From positions 1-42,531 of the forward strand of contig JAADVB010000167.1 in the NCBI GenBank assembly GCA_023334545.1: DNA of 42,531 bases, read 5' to 3'. Positions 10,223-21,260 of this stretch are shown piece by piece (the stretch's first letter is position 1; every line of letters begins with the position of its first letter). Under the pieces are notes generated by a model. It was not told where the DNA came from. It did no database searches and saw only the letters and a program-made list of their open reading frames with translations. The position numbers were made by a program, and so were the translations under genes. This DNA comes from Salisapilia sapeloensis CBS 127946. Its lineage: Eukaryota > Protista > Oomycota.

Positions 10223-12526
10223 ATGCTCTCTCGTGTCTTCTTCAGGGCAACGGCAACACCTCGAGCCACTTTTTCTTTTGCGCGCAACGTGGCAAGTCGC
10301 AGGATGACGATCTCTCGTCTCCCGAAGAAACTCCAATACCCGTCACTCCGTCGATCCGACTTTAGTGAAACATTGCACGGACAGCAAGTTGACGATCCGT
10401 ATCGGTACTTGGAAGACCCGGATTGTAACGAAACGCGCGGGTTTGTTGATGCAGAGAATGCTACGACGCAAGAATTGTTTAGCCAGATTCCGTATGTGGA
10501 AGAAGCCAAGAATCGGTTGACGGAATTGTTTGATTATGAAAAATACTCATGTCCGACCAAGGTCGGTGGACGATACTATGCTTTCTCCAAGAACGATGGA
10601 CTGCAGAATCAAGCGGTTGTGTATCTACAGGATTCACCCGAGAGTGAACCGCGTGTCTTGTTAGACCCCAATCAATTGTCGAGTGATGGCACGGCAGCGT
10701 TGAGCAGCACGGCGTTCTCGGAAGGTAAAGCTTCCGATGCCTTGTACTTTGCGCACGGTATTTCTCGCGGTGGATCCGACTGGGTCACGGTGAAAGTGAT
10801 GAAGGTTGGAAAAGATAAGCATGAAGTCCTGGAGGATTCCGTCGAATGGGTCAAGTTCTCGTATCTTGCTTGGATGCACGACGACTCGGGCTTTTTCTAC
10901 TCTCGCTTCCCGTCACCAAAGAGCATGGAGAACGACTTGCATGATGACGATGACTCGAAGCGCGGGACGGAGACAGACTCGAATTTGCACCATCAGATCT
11001 GGTTCCACGCGTTGGGTGATCCGCAAGCCAAGGACACGCTCGTGTATGCGTATCCCAAGGATCCGTCGTACACGATGCAAGCGGAGGTGTCGGATGATGG
11101 CAAGTATTTGTTGGTATCGATGGGCGACGGATGTAAGAATGCGAATATGCTCCACATTGCAGACTTGTCTGATTTCCATGACTTCCGAGCGAAGGGATCG
11201 GACGACTTGATCTCGGTGGACAAAATAGTGGACAATATGGACTATGCCTACCACTACATTATGAACGACGGAAGTACGTTTTACTTCCAGACGAACTGGA
11301 ATGCACCTCGAGAACGTCTCGTGTCGTACAATATGGAGACGAAGGAATGGAAGGAAGTGATTCCGGAACAGGACGACAAGATTGTCTTGGAAGGCGTGTA
11401 CCCTGTCGGCGACAAGTATGTCGTTGCTAAACTCCTCCAGGACGTATGCAACGTCCTCCATGTGTACGACCTCAATGGTACATTCCACACGAACATCGAA
11501 CTACCGACTGTCGGCACCGTCGGCATCGCGAGCAAACGCTTCGAGTCGGAAGTCTTCTTTAAATTCGTCTCGTTCTTGTACCCTGGCTCGATCTACCGCA
11601 TGGATTTCTCCAAGAGCCTCAGCGACTCGACGTTATTCCGGGAAACCAAGGTCAAGAACTTTGATCCGTCGCAGTATGAAGCCAAGCAAGTGTTCTATCC
11701 GTCCAAGGATGGCACGCAGATCCCCATGTTCCTCGTAAAGAAGAAGGGAGACATTGATATCTCCAATGGTGGTCTCCCAACGTACTTGTATGGCTACGGT
11801 GGCTTCAACATCTCACTCTCGCCCATGTTCAGCGTCTCTCGCCTTGTCTTCGTCCACAACTTTGGCGGCATGCTCGCACTCCCGAATCTTCGAGGTGGAG
11901 GAGAGTATGGTGAAGAATGGCATCAGGACGGTATGCTGCATAAGAAGCAGAACGTCTTTGATGACTTCCACGCTGCGGCCGAGTACCTTGTCCAAGAAAA
12001 GTATACGACGCCGGATCGGATCGCTCTTCACGGTGGATCCAACGGCGGGCTTCTAGTCGCTGCGTGTTGCAACCAACGTCCGGAGCTCTACGGCTGTGGT
12101 GTCGCGGCTGTGGGAGTGATGGACATGCTGCGTTTCCACAAGTTCACGATTGGCCATGCGTGGCGATCGGACTATGGCGATCCGGACGTGGAAGACGACT
12201 TCCACTACTTGCGCAAGTACTCTCCTCTGCATACAGTTCCGAGTGCAGGTCAAGTATCGCATCTCAAGGACAAGGGAGGGTTCCCTGCCATGCTACTAAC
12301 CACTGGTGACCATGACGATCGTGTCGTTCCTCTGCATTCGTTCAAACTGATCGCAGAGCTCCAGCATCAACTAGGCGATTCATCCGATCAGATGAATCCG
12401 CTTGTCATTCGCATCGACACGAAGAGTGGTCATGGCGCTGGTAAACCGACTGCCAAGGTGATTGAAGAAGCGGCCGAGACGTTTGGCTTCATGGCGTGGT
12501 GCACCGGCGCGACGTTCGAGGCATAA
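10223..12526 (+). CDS. PREP: Prolyl oligopeptidase (S9A), single exon, with a presequence-like N-terminus
   Basis: DPYRYLEDPD N-terminal motif, beta-propeller, catalytic GGSNGG, DHDDRV and GHGAGKP; 767 aa. Confidence 0.97.
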   Translation: MLSRVFFRATATPRATFSFARNVASRRMTISRLPKKLQYPSLRRSDFSETLHGQQVDDPYRYLEDPDCNETRGFVDAENATTQELFSQIPYVEEAKNRLTELFDYEKYSCPTKVGGRYYAFSKNDGLQNQAVVYLQDSPESEPRVLLDPNQLSSDGTAALSSTAFSEGKASDALYFAHGISRGGSDWVTVKVMKVGKDKHEVLEDSVEWVKFSYLAWMHDDSGFFYSRFPSPKSMENDLHDDDDSKRGTETDSNLHHQIWFHALGDPQAKDTLVYAYPKDPSYTMQAEVSDDGKYLLVSMGDGCKNANMLHIADLSDFHDFRAKGSDDLISVDKIVDNMDYAYHYIMNDGSTFYFQTNWNAPRERLVSYNMETKEWKEVIPEQDDKIVLEGVYPVGDKYVVAKLLQDVCNVLHVYDLNGTFHTNIELPTVGTVGIASKRFESEVFFKFVSFLYPGSIYRMDFSKSLSDSTLFRETKVKNFDPSQYEAKQVFYPSKDGTQIPMFLVKKKGDIDISNGGLPTYLYGYGGFNISLSPMFSVSRLVFVHNFGGMLALPNLRGGGEYGEEWHQDGMLHKKQNVFDDFHAAAEYLVQEKYTTPDRIALHGGSNGGLLVAACCNQRPELYGCGVAAVGVMDMLRFHKFTIGHAWRSDYGDPDVEDDFHYLRKYSPLHTVPSAGQVSHLKDKGGFPAMLLTTGDHDDRVVPLHSFKLIAELQHQLGDSSDQMNPLVIRIDTKSGHGAGKPTAKVIEEAAETFGFMAWCTGATFEA

Positions 12527-12537
12527 GAAAAGAAATT

Positions 12538-13482
12538 TCAGTTGCAATTGATTTTATTTTGTTGTCGATACCATGCTACGGTCTCCCGCAGACCTTGACT
12601 GAGGGAGGTGAAGGTAAAGTCCGGGACGTGTCGTAGGAGTTTCTTGTTGCTACAAGTCTTACGATGCGGTCCATCGTCGTACGTCGTGTCGAAGTGGATC
12701 GGACCATGGAAACCGACGGCATGTGCGACGGAGAGTGCGAGTTCTCGTATCGAAACTTCGTCCTTGTGACTCCCAGTGAAGAGGATCGGATCGACGTGAT
12801 CGTAGTTGTCGAGAGCCCAGAGGAGGAGCTTAGCGACGTCTTTGCTGTAGATGAATTGACGCATGGCGAGACCGGAGCCGAGGATGAGTAGTGGATAGTT
12901 TTGTTCTTTTGCCACATGTGCTTTATGGATGAGTGAAGGGATGACGTGGCCTTCGATTATATCAAAGTTGTCGTTTGGACCGTAGACGTTGGTCGGGATC
13001 ACGGCCGTGAAGTGGCAGTGAAAGTCGTTCCGGTAGCAATGGTTCAATACATCTATTCGTCGCTTTGCTGTGCCTGCACCCAAGTGGGCTGCATGTAATT
13101 TACCATTATGTAGCATGCTTTCATCTAGTGGGTACGTCGCTGCGTCTGGAAAGGACGAGGTAGTTAGACATGAGATGGTCTTGGTCACGTTAAATGTGTG
13201 ACAGCACTGGAGGACGTTGTCGTCGATGGCAGTGTTGTCATGAAGGACTTTAGCCTGGTTCCGAAGGTTCTTGTAGAGACCACCGGAGGTAGCTGCGAGG
13301 TGAATGACGTGCGTTGGGCGTATACGATCGAATAAATCGCGTGTCTGCTTCTTATCACAGAGGTCGGCGTCTATGGAGCTAGTAAAGTGCCAAGTGTCAG
13401 GTGAATCTGCTTCGTTGACTTCAGAACGTAAGGCAGAGCCTAGTAGTCCAGTACCGCCCGTAACGAGGATCGTTCGGACCAT
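12538..13482 (-). CDS. GFUS: GDP-L-fucose synthase-like extended SDR with altered catalytic residues
   Basis: ILVTGGTGLLGSA, DADL, VIHLAA..GGL..N, IPTNVYGPNDNF, HVIPSLIHK, RQFIYSKD and FTSLSQGLRETVAWY. Likely ATG 13482 (314 aa). The catalytic Tyr and Cys positions are substituted (see findings). Confidence 0.9.
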   Translation of the reverse strand: MVRTILVTGGTGLLGSALRSEVNEADSPDTWHFTSSIDADLCDKKQTRDLFDRIRPTHVIHLAATSGGLYKNLRNQAKVLHDNTAIDDNVLQCCHTFNVTKTISCLTTSSFPDAATYPLDESMLHNGKLHAAHLGAGTAKRRIDVLNHCYRNDFHCHFTAVIPTNVYGPNDNFDIIEGHVIPSLIHKAHVAKEQNYPLLILGSGLAMRQFIYSKDVAKLLLWALDNYDHVDPILFTGSHKDEVSIRELALSVAHAVGFHGPIHFDTTYDDGPHRKTCSNKKLLRHVPDFTFTSLSQGLRETVAWYRQQNKINCN

Positions 13483-13865
13483 GGTCAGCTGGAGGGAGGG
13501 AGTAGAATGAGCTGACCATCTCATGACATGGATGCGTCTTATATTGAAGTTGTTTCTATGGATACACTCATAATCGAGCCAACCATCGTGTCGATAGAAT
13601 ATAAAACTGCATGATTAAGTGATTTGGAAGATCTTAAGTCGGCGTCGTAATATACATTTCCATCCTCCTCTTGCTCCTTAATACAGATGCGGTATGCAAA
13701 TACGAAGGATCTACGAGGATCTATAAGCAATAGAAAACTTCTTTATTGGAAAAAGGAGGGTTGCAAGCGGATGAGATGGGGCGGCACGCAGAGTTTTAGC
13801 TGGAAATGATATTTCCACCGACAGGTGTAAAACCGAAAACCAATAAACACACAACGAAAGTAGCA

Positions 13866-15512
13866 ATGGACTGGGCACAGGCACTTCGACAGGTCGTGCG
13901 CAAGGAAGAGAAGGCGCAGCACCTTCGACGTACACACGAACAAAAACTAATCAAAGAGCGTGCTCAACAGACATCCACTTTATTATCGTCTGAAGCTCCA
14001 CCAGCTCCAGAAGACGTCTCGAAAGTCGAAACCAATAGCAAAGACACGGAGGAATATACCGTCTTATCGTCTCCAACAGCTACATGGGAGGTATTGGAAG
14101 ATACAGAGCAAGCCGTGTGTGTATCTCTGAACCGTGCCAATACTGTATTAGCAGTTGGAGAGCGCGACGGACGCATCAGTCTCTGGGATAACACGACCAT
14201 CCGCGTCATTACGCGAGAGCTGGACCCGGCAATGGTCTCTCTACCTCCACCCGACAGTAGCTACACCTCATCTCTATCCATAGAAGAGGTAGAAATCGTA
14301 AAATCAGGTCTAAAAGCAGTCCAATGTCTCGAATGGTCGTATGACTCTCGTCTCCTCTTCGCAGCATGTGAAGAGAAGCAGACTAAGCGAGGGCGACTAT
14401 GTGTCTGGGACGTCCAAACTGCTTCTCTACTCTCAACCTATAGCTTCGACGCTCGGCTCAATGCTCTCAGTTCGCATCCATCCAACCCAGACATCCTCCT
14501 TGTCTGTGTCCATAACAAAGTACCTACGCTCCTAGACTTGTCTTCCAAGACAACATCCGAGGTACCAAACGTTCCGTTGGATAACGATACGATCACCGGT
14601 ACGATTCCGTCCAATAGTCGGCTTCCGTCTCTCTTGACCTGTGCTCGTTTCTCTCCTTCTGGTGACTACATCTATGTAGTCACAAGTAAATCGACCGTCT
14701 CCGTCCTGTCCTACCCTTCCTTCTCTCTCATCTCAACTCTCAAGTCAAGTGTCTTAATGCAGCATCTAGATCTCACAACCAATGCTCATTCGATACTTGT
14801 CACCTCTTCTAAAGGCATACACGAGTATCACGTAGACGACGGACACTTGTCCGAGACGAGGATGTACGTCACAGGAGCTGTGCGTGCTCCTTGGAGTGCC
14901 TGTTGGTTCTCTCCAGACCAAGCCTTTGTCATCGGTATGCCGCTTGTACGTCATCGGCATATCGGTGGCAATGGATTGTATGCCTGGCCTCGGACGTCCG
15001 GTAGTCTCCAGCACAACGCTGGCGTCAAGGACGGTGTCGCCAACCTCGCGGTTGATCGTGTAAAAGACGCTTATATCGCTGTCTCTACTTCTGGTGCCTT
15101 GTTTGTACTAGAAGAACCATTCGTGAGCTCTTGGCCGGGACCCATGTACCCCGCTGGCTTCCGTGTCATTACGGACAACGAGATCCATGTAGGCAATACG
15201 ATCATAGAGACGAGTAAACAAGATACAGAGGAAGGCGAGGTAGATGTAGATACCTTCACGGATACAGATCCGCAGACGTATTTAGCGTTAGATAAGAAAG
15301 TGGATGTAGATCGACAGGGTGTGCTGCACCTCCCGTCGATCCCTGTGCCTCCTGCCGCTCCGGCAGAGCCGGAGACACCGCGGGAGGAAGAGGACGACGC
15401 AGCGTTCGGATTGGACCAAAGCGTCTTCATGCCACTACCGGCGGCTGCTTGTAGCAAGAAGAAGCGTCGGCATGGGAGTACAAAGGGAAAGAGTAAACGA
15501 CTTCGACGTTAA
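13866..15512 (+). CDS. RBBP5: WD40 protein, RBBP5/Swd1 (COMPASS)-like, divergent
   Basis: VSLNRANTVLAVGERDGRISLWD and VQCLEWSYDSRLLFAA resemble RBBP5 blades. Post-propeller WPGPMYPAGFRVITDNE and EVDVDT resemble the RBBP5 hinge and acidic region; basic C-terminal NLS-like tail. Likely ATG 13866. Confidence 0.6.
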   Translation: MDWAQALRQVVRKEEKAQHLRRTHEQKLIKERAQQTSTLLSSEAPPAPEDVSKVETNSKDTEEYTVLSSPTATWEVLEDTEQAVCVSLNRANTVLAVGERDGRISLWDNTTIRVITRELDPAMVSLPPPDSSYTSSLSIEEVEIVKSGLKAVQCLEWSYDSRLLFAACEEKQTKRGRLCVWDVQTASLLSTYSFDARLNALSSHPSNPDILLVCVHNKVPTLLDLSSKTTSEVPNVPLDNDTITGTIPSNSRLPSLLTCARFSPSGDYIYVVTSKSTVSVLSYPSFSLISTLKSSVLMQHLDLTTNAHSILVTSSKGIHEYHVDDGHLSETRMYVTGAVRAPWSACWFSPDQAFVIGMPLVRHRHIGGNGLYAWPRTSGSLQHNAGVKDGVANLAVDRVKDAYIAVSTSGALFVLEEPFVSSWPGPMYPAGFRVITDNEIHVGNTIIETSKQDTEEGEVDVDTFTDTDPQTYLALDKKVDVDRQGVLHLPSIPVPPAAPAEPETPREEEDDAAFGLDQSVFMPLPAAACSKKKRRHGSTKGKSKRLRR

Positions 15513-15547
15513 AGAAAAAGCTTCTTGTTTCTTATCAACGTCTGACT

Positions 15548-16347
15548 CTACTTGCGTGCAGCACGTCGGTCGGCACGTGTGGCGGCGTGGAATCCAGATC
15601 GGATGGCCGCGACACTACGTGACGATCCACAATCCTGGCAATGGACAAAGTGGAGACGACTGACACTGTCGCGAGACAAGGTCGTGTTGGGCGATCGGCA
15701 CATTTGGCATGTCACGTACTCGGTAATGTACTTTCGAAGGAGCGATTCGATGTACTTCGGGACGTAACGACCTCGAATAACAAGACGTTGGTTACCATCG
15801 ATCGATCCTTCCGTACCTAGTTCCGCAAGCGTGAACTGGAGTACGTGCTCCGGGTTGCGGTGCATCATCTGACAGATTTCCTGGAAATTGACCCACAACG
15901 TCTTCTTCGTTCCGACTAGCATGCAAGTTAGTTTAGGAGATAGTTGAGATGGATAAATAGAGTACCTCGCATGAGTTGCGGAGGTTTCATGGTATGGCGC
16001 TTGCGGTCCGTCAGCTCCGGATTGTTCTCATGGAGCTTGGACATGATGCGTGCGAGAAGGTCCTCTTTATAGGCATAAGTAGCTGGGTCCTGGACGTACT
16101 CGGACGCATCGTTGCTTTCGCCTTGCGTCTCTTGACTCGCGTCCTTGGTGCTCTCGCTCTCCCCCTCTTTCTACAGTCTCGAGCTCAGGATTCACGTATC
16201 TTAAGTGCTAGTTTAGGTATAGAATACATCTTTCTTGGTCTTCTTCTTAGAAGTCTTCTTCTTCTTCTTTTTACTCAAGTCAAAGACAGCGTTAATGTCT
16301 TCCGGCGCCGTCGCCGGCGTCTCCTCTTTCTCCATCACGTCGGTCAT
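15548..16347 (-). CDS. EIF2S2: Translation initiation factor eIF2 beta
   Basis: Lys box ([14 protein letters not shown]), [19 protein letters not shown] and C-terminal CQMC...CQDC zinc ribbon; introns 16171-16227 and 15916-15965. Confidence 0.96.
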
Positions 16348-16524
16348 TTTTTTTCCTTTTTGGTCTTCCAGTCGATATGGAGAGCATTAAATCCGTTGGA
16401 TTGTTGTAATTCAAGCATTTTAGAAAAGAAAGAACCAATGAAATCACGTAGAATGATGTAAAAGGACGGAATTAAGAGACTGGAGCACCAGCCACAAAAG
16501 TACTTGTCATCCGTGTGAGGAAGG

Positions 16525-17257
16525 ATGGCTCAACCAGTGCAGCGGATTCCATTGGCGTTCCGTCGTCCACCACGTACGAAAAGCAAGGCCATTGACCTCA
16601 TTAAGAACTGGCATATCTTTCGTGGAGATACCGTACGTTTTTATTACGATAAAAACGAAGGAATGATAGACTTAATGTAGCAATGGATGGTCCTAGGTCG
16701 AAGTCGTGAATGGACCGCATAAGGGAAAGCAAGGTGTCGTTCAAACGGTCATTCGTGACCAGAACCGTGTCATTGTCGAAAACATGAATTTGGTACGTGC
16801 TATCAAGTACACAGACCGAAAGGTCCTTCCTAATAATATACATAGCGTCATCGATATGTGAAAGCTACATCTGCTACTGCCGGACGCACTTACTTGGCTC
16901 CTGGACCTATCCATTACAGCAATGTGAATCTAGTGGATCCGTCCATTGGGTACGTCCATCTCTCATTTACTACTTTAGTAGTACTAATAGAAATGCCTAC
17001 TAGCAAACCGACTCGTATTGCGATTCGATTTTCAGAGGAAGGTGACAAGCTCCGTGTGTCCAAGAAGACGGGCACGATCATCCCGAAGCCAGAGGCGATG
17101 AAGGAGCGCCAAGTACCTCGTCGAACAGGTATCTTTTATTTACATCGTGTTCCTTCCCCAAGTACTCATCCTCTTGATACTAGAAACTGGTCCACAGGAT
17201 ACGGCACCGGAGGATGTGTTGGAGAAGACGGTCGAGGACTGGGAAGTTACGCCATAG
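16525..17257 (+). CDS. MRPL24: Mitochondrial ribosomal protein uL24m
   Basis: Four short GT-AG introns join WHIFRGDT/VEVVNGPHKGKQGVV (KOW), PIHYSNVNLVDP, RVSKKTGTIIPKP and GPQDTAPEDVLEKT. Confidence 0.92.
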
Positions 17258-17353
17258 AGTGGTTTGATAACGCAAATAGATGGCCACCAATCTTGCTTTT
17301 CCTCGTTTCTGATCCTACCTTGCATGCTTTCTTACGGCTATTTATATCTACTT

Positions 17354-17369
17354 TCATTTCTTCATTTTC
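17354..17369 (+). promoter_or_regulatory. Candidate Inr+FPR core promoter of the Sec14-like gene
   Basis: TCATTTCTTCATTTTC, ending 15 nt before ATG 17385; loose match. Confidence 0.4.
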
Positions 17370-17384
17370 TCATTCGTCGCCACC

Positions 17385-18367
17385 ATGATCAACGAAGAAT
17401 CGCAGCCACTTGATGCCGAAGAGCTTAAGCTCTTGAGTGACGTCAAGGCCGAGTTCGGTTCGCGTTGTAATGACGAGTTTGTCATCCGTGTCGTCCGATC
17501 CCAACGAGGTCAGAAGCTGCGTCTACAGAAGACTCTGGCGGAAGTGAAGCGTATACTCGCCTGGCGAGCGAGTATGGATGCTGATCATCTATTGACAAAG
17601 GAGCTGGAGAATAGCAAGACATACTTTGACTACTGGCCAGCCTACTTGTATGGTGAGGACTGTGAAGGACATGTATTGACAGTGGATCGCGTGGCGGATA
17701 TTAATGTCGATGGACTGTTTAAGACGTTTACACACATTGATGATCTGCTTGTGCATCGAGCTCAGTATATGGAACGTATTCAATGGGAGAAGGAAGCTAT
17801 TTCGAAACGGGAGGGCAGACGTGTCTACAAGCACATTTGTATCGTCGACTTAAAGGGACTTGGTCTCAGACACCTGAGTCGTACGAACATTGGGTATCTC
17901 AAGGTACGTGAATGCTTTTACTTGTAAGTAGATGTGCACTGAGATTATATTTGGATCTATAGCCGATCTTTGATGTCGGACAGCTCTACTATCCCGAGAC
18001 ATTGCATCGATTATACTTGATTAATGCTCCAACAGTGTTCTATGGTTTCTGGAAGATCATTTCGGCGCTCATTGACCCTGAAACGCGTCAAAAAGTCGAA
18101 GTCTTTGTATGTGCTCTAGTATATCGGCGAGATTTCCATATCTAACATTTTATATAGAAGGACTTGTCCCAATTCCTCGCGGCAGCAGCTCGGCATGGCA
18201 TCCCCATGTCTGCTATCCCGACGTACTTGGACGGACAACACCAAGGCAGAGCTTTGAATACGACATTCACGCCGTCGGAAACTGAGGCTCCACTTCCTAC
18301 GGCCATGAATCTTGAAAAGACAGGAGCTACGATCATGACGCCCAATGCTTCGGAAGCGACCATCTAG
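17385..18367 (+). CDS. CRAL-TRIO (Sec14-like) lipid-binding protein
   Basis: LYGEDCEGH, IVDLKGLGLRHL and QLYYPETLHRLYLINAPTVFYGFWKIISALIDPETRQKV, after two introns (~17904-17961 and ~18108-18156). Confidence 0.9.
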
Positions 18368-18418
18368 CTACAAATAAAAAGCCAAAAGAAAAAAAGAAAG
18401 AAATTGTATTGGAACTCA

Positions 18419-19315
18419 TTAGAGCTTGGCGTTCGGTGCACGCGTCTTCTTTTCCTTGGCACGAGACCACTCCTGGAGCTGCTCACGAGGGAGACTCGGA
18501 CGGTCGTACAAGTAGTCTCCACCATCGACAATGATCGTCGATCCAGTCATGATCGTCGCGGCGGGAGACACGAGGAAGAGGACACTGGCGGAAATGTCGC
18601 TCTTGGTACTCGCGCGACCAAGCGGAATGCTAGACGAGATGTCACTTTCATCAACGTCACCCACGAGCTTGCTGTAGCCGACGGTGTCGCCGACGGGACC
18701 AGGCGCGACGCCCATGACACGAATACCGTAGCTTCCCCACTCGAGCGCAAGCGACCGCGTCATGCTGTCAATAGCTGACTTGGCCGCCGAGGCATGCACC
18801 TGATACCACTTGGCATACATCTGCAGCGTCGCACTAATGTTAATGATATGCGTAGCGTGCTCATGCTCCGGTAGCTTCTTCGTCTCACGCTTAAGCGCTT
18901 TGAACGCCGCTCGGCTCATGTTGAACGAACCAATGGCATCAATCTCCATGACCGTCCGGAATGCATTCGTAGACAATTGCTCCGCCGCAGCAAGGAAGTT
19001 GCCAGCAGCACAATTGACCAAGATATCAAGACGACCAAACGTCTTTAAGATGTCCTGAATCGCTTTATCAGCGTGTTCCGAGTTACGAACATCCCCTTCT
19101 AACGCCAGACCTTGACTAGGCGTCGACTGTTTGATCTTGGACAAGGTATCCTGTAGTTTATCCTTGCGACGTCCCATCACAGCGACATTGGCACCGTACG
19201 TGGCGAGTTGGATGGCAATATCCTGTCCGATCCCCGATCCCCCGCCTGTGACAAAGGCAACTTTGCCTTTCAAGAGGTCCTTGTTAAATGTTTTGGCAAC
19301 GGCAGCAGCATCCAT
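18419..19315 (-). CDS. DECR2: Peroxisomal 2,4-dienoyl-CoA reductase (SDR)
   Basis: VAFVTGGGSGIG, LVNCAAGNF, QVHASAAKSAID and C-terminal PTS1 -AKL; 298 aa. Confidence 0.93.
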   Translation of the reverse strand: MDAAAVAKTFNKDLLKGKVAFVTGGGSGIGQDIAIQLATYGANVAVMGRRKDKLQDTLSKIKQSTPSQGLALEGDVRNSEHADKAIQDILKTFGRLDILVNCAAGNFLAAAEQLSTNAFRTVMEIDAIGSFNMSRAAFKALKRETKKLPEHEHATHIINISATLQMYAKWYQVHASAAKSAIDSMTRSLALEWGSYGIRVMGVAPGPVGDTVGYSKLVGDVDESDISSSIPLGRASTKSDISASVLFLVSPAATIMTGSTIIVDGGDYLYDRPSLPREQLQEWSRAKEKKTRAPNAKL

Positions 19316-19325
19316 GACGTATGGC

Positions 19326-19341
19326 GCAAATATGAAAATGA
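19326..19341 (-). promoter_or_regulatory. Candidate Inr+FPR core promoter of DECR2
   Basis: The minus strand reads TCATTTTCATATTTGC, ending 10 nt before ATG 19315. Confidence 0.45.
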
Positions 19342-19526
19342 CGAGATCGTGCTGAAAATGAAAATGATGACGTCTACCTTGAAGTATCTATCCGTTTCGA
19401 TTATGCGTTTCAGCTGGTCTGTAAAAACATATGTACAAGGAATAGAGAGAGATGGATGAATTGTAGCTCGTATTGTGAGACGACTGGGAGCGTATCGACC
19501 GGAGATTTTCGTGAGGGCGTGGGAGG

Positions 19527-20446
19527 ATGAGCGTCGTGCAGGCGCAGAAGCGCTATTTGGCGGATAAAAAGCCTTTTTTCAAGCACTTTTATCCGAGAGA
19601 TATTGCTATTACGGCCACGCGATGTGTTGCGACGCAAGGATTGCTGGTCTTTAATTCGTATATCGAGTCCTTGGATCTCGAAGCGAGTGATGACGAAGAC
19701 TCGACGTCGACGGAAGAAGAGGATGCTAAGAAGGATTTGAACGGCATTGATGAGTTTGAATGGCCGTCATCGACAGAATTTGCACAGGCGAGTGGAAAGC
19801 AGTTCATTAAGGCTCTCGGGACGTCGACGTACGTTCGAAGTCTAGAAGAGATCGCGCTGAGATATTGTGATATTCGTATCGTTGCCAAGCTGATTAAAGG
19901 TACTTGTACTAGTGGATAGTCTGTCTGTATATAGGCTTATCTAGATATGACTAGATGTGAGCAAATCGGCGGTACGAAAGTATGCTCGAACAGGTAGTCG
20001 CTTCACAGCTGCGTTCTACATGGTCCGCACCGGTATGCGTGCTAGCTTGCTCAACCACCTCGCCCTCTTCCTCATCGAAGAGGTATATTACGTTTGTGTC
20101 TGTACGAAAGAAAGATGTCTTACAAGTGTCCTTGTAGACGCAACAAGTGATTGTGATCTTGTATGAAAAATACTTGGAGCCGTATGCTGTCCAGAAGGGA
20201 TGGTTGGAAACATCCAAGAGTAAAAAGATTGCCGAGATGGAAAAGGACCAACCGACGTTTGCCTTCTTGACTACGCGCAACGCCATGCGCTCGTCGCTAG
20301 GTGTCGTCCTAGGTGGTCTCGGAGCTGGTGTCGGGACGATGCTGCGACCGGGCTTCGGCACGGTCATTGGTGCGACGCTCGGAGACTCGGCTGCATACCT
20401 CATTGACGTGCCTGCTAGCATGGCACCTCCTGCCGCCAAGCGGTAA
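19527..20446 (+). CDS. Hypothetical protein with acidic patch and C-terminal glycine-zipper-like hydrophobic hairpin
   Basis: Three track ORFs join cleanly through introns 19900-19954 and 20083-20137; C-terminal GVVLGGLGAGVGTMLRPGFGTVIGATLGD. Confidence 0.75.
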
Positions 20447-21260
20447 AGCTTCCAATAAAGAATTTAGCCAACTTTCTACATCAATATTCGTTTTATAGTG
20501 TTTGTATGATCGAAAATAAAGATTTGTGTCGAGTATGTTTGTAAATTGTGGTTAAATTCTTTTTGTCTTGTGATAGTCGCTTGTTGGTGTCTGGTTCTTG
20601 GAAGTTTTAGATGGCAAGTACTATCTCTTGTATGCATTGATACGGAATCTTTGCTTTGCTTGACGAGATAGTAGATAGTGTTAGGTACCTACGCATAAGT
20701 CAAAGAAGGGATATAACAAGATAGAAAGGTATAAATGTCTTGAGATTGACCGAGGTGACTGGAGTAGCTTGGAGACTTGTATCGTAGGAACGCGTTGATG
20801 CTGATTTCTTATAAAAGTGTATCTATGATCGTATGCATGCTAAAATGATATTGCTTTCAATGATGCTGTTCTCCACATAACCTCAGCTTTAGAAAAGGAA
20901 AAAAGACATAAACTGAAAGACTAAAGCAGAACATTTTCAAGTAGCTAGTACTACATGCAAGAAATACTCGCAGCATAGGTTATCCGACGACTTCTTATCT
21001 ACATTACGTATAGCAGGCACCAACATACTAGGAACAAGAGCAGAGGATGTGCAAGGTAGGTCGCTGATATTGAAAAAGAGAGGTTTTAATGTACATTGTG
21101 TACATCAGTCTTCTTACCCGTTTTCCAACGTAACTTGGTACGGCCACGACCACGTCGGTACGCTACTTGATCGCCAGCACGAAGATTGTGCATTTATACC
21201 AAGCCTCTCGTACAACTCTGCCCTCTCTTTCCTCTCCTCCATTAAGCTCCCTACTGCTTA

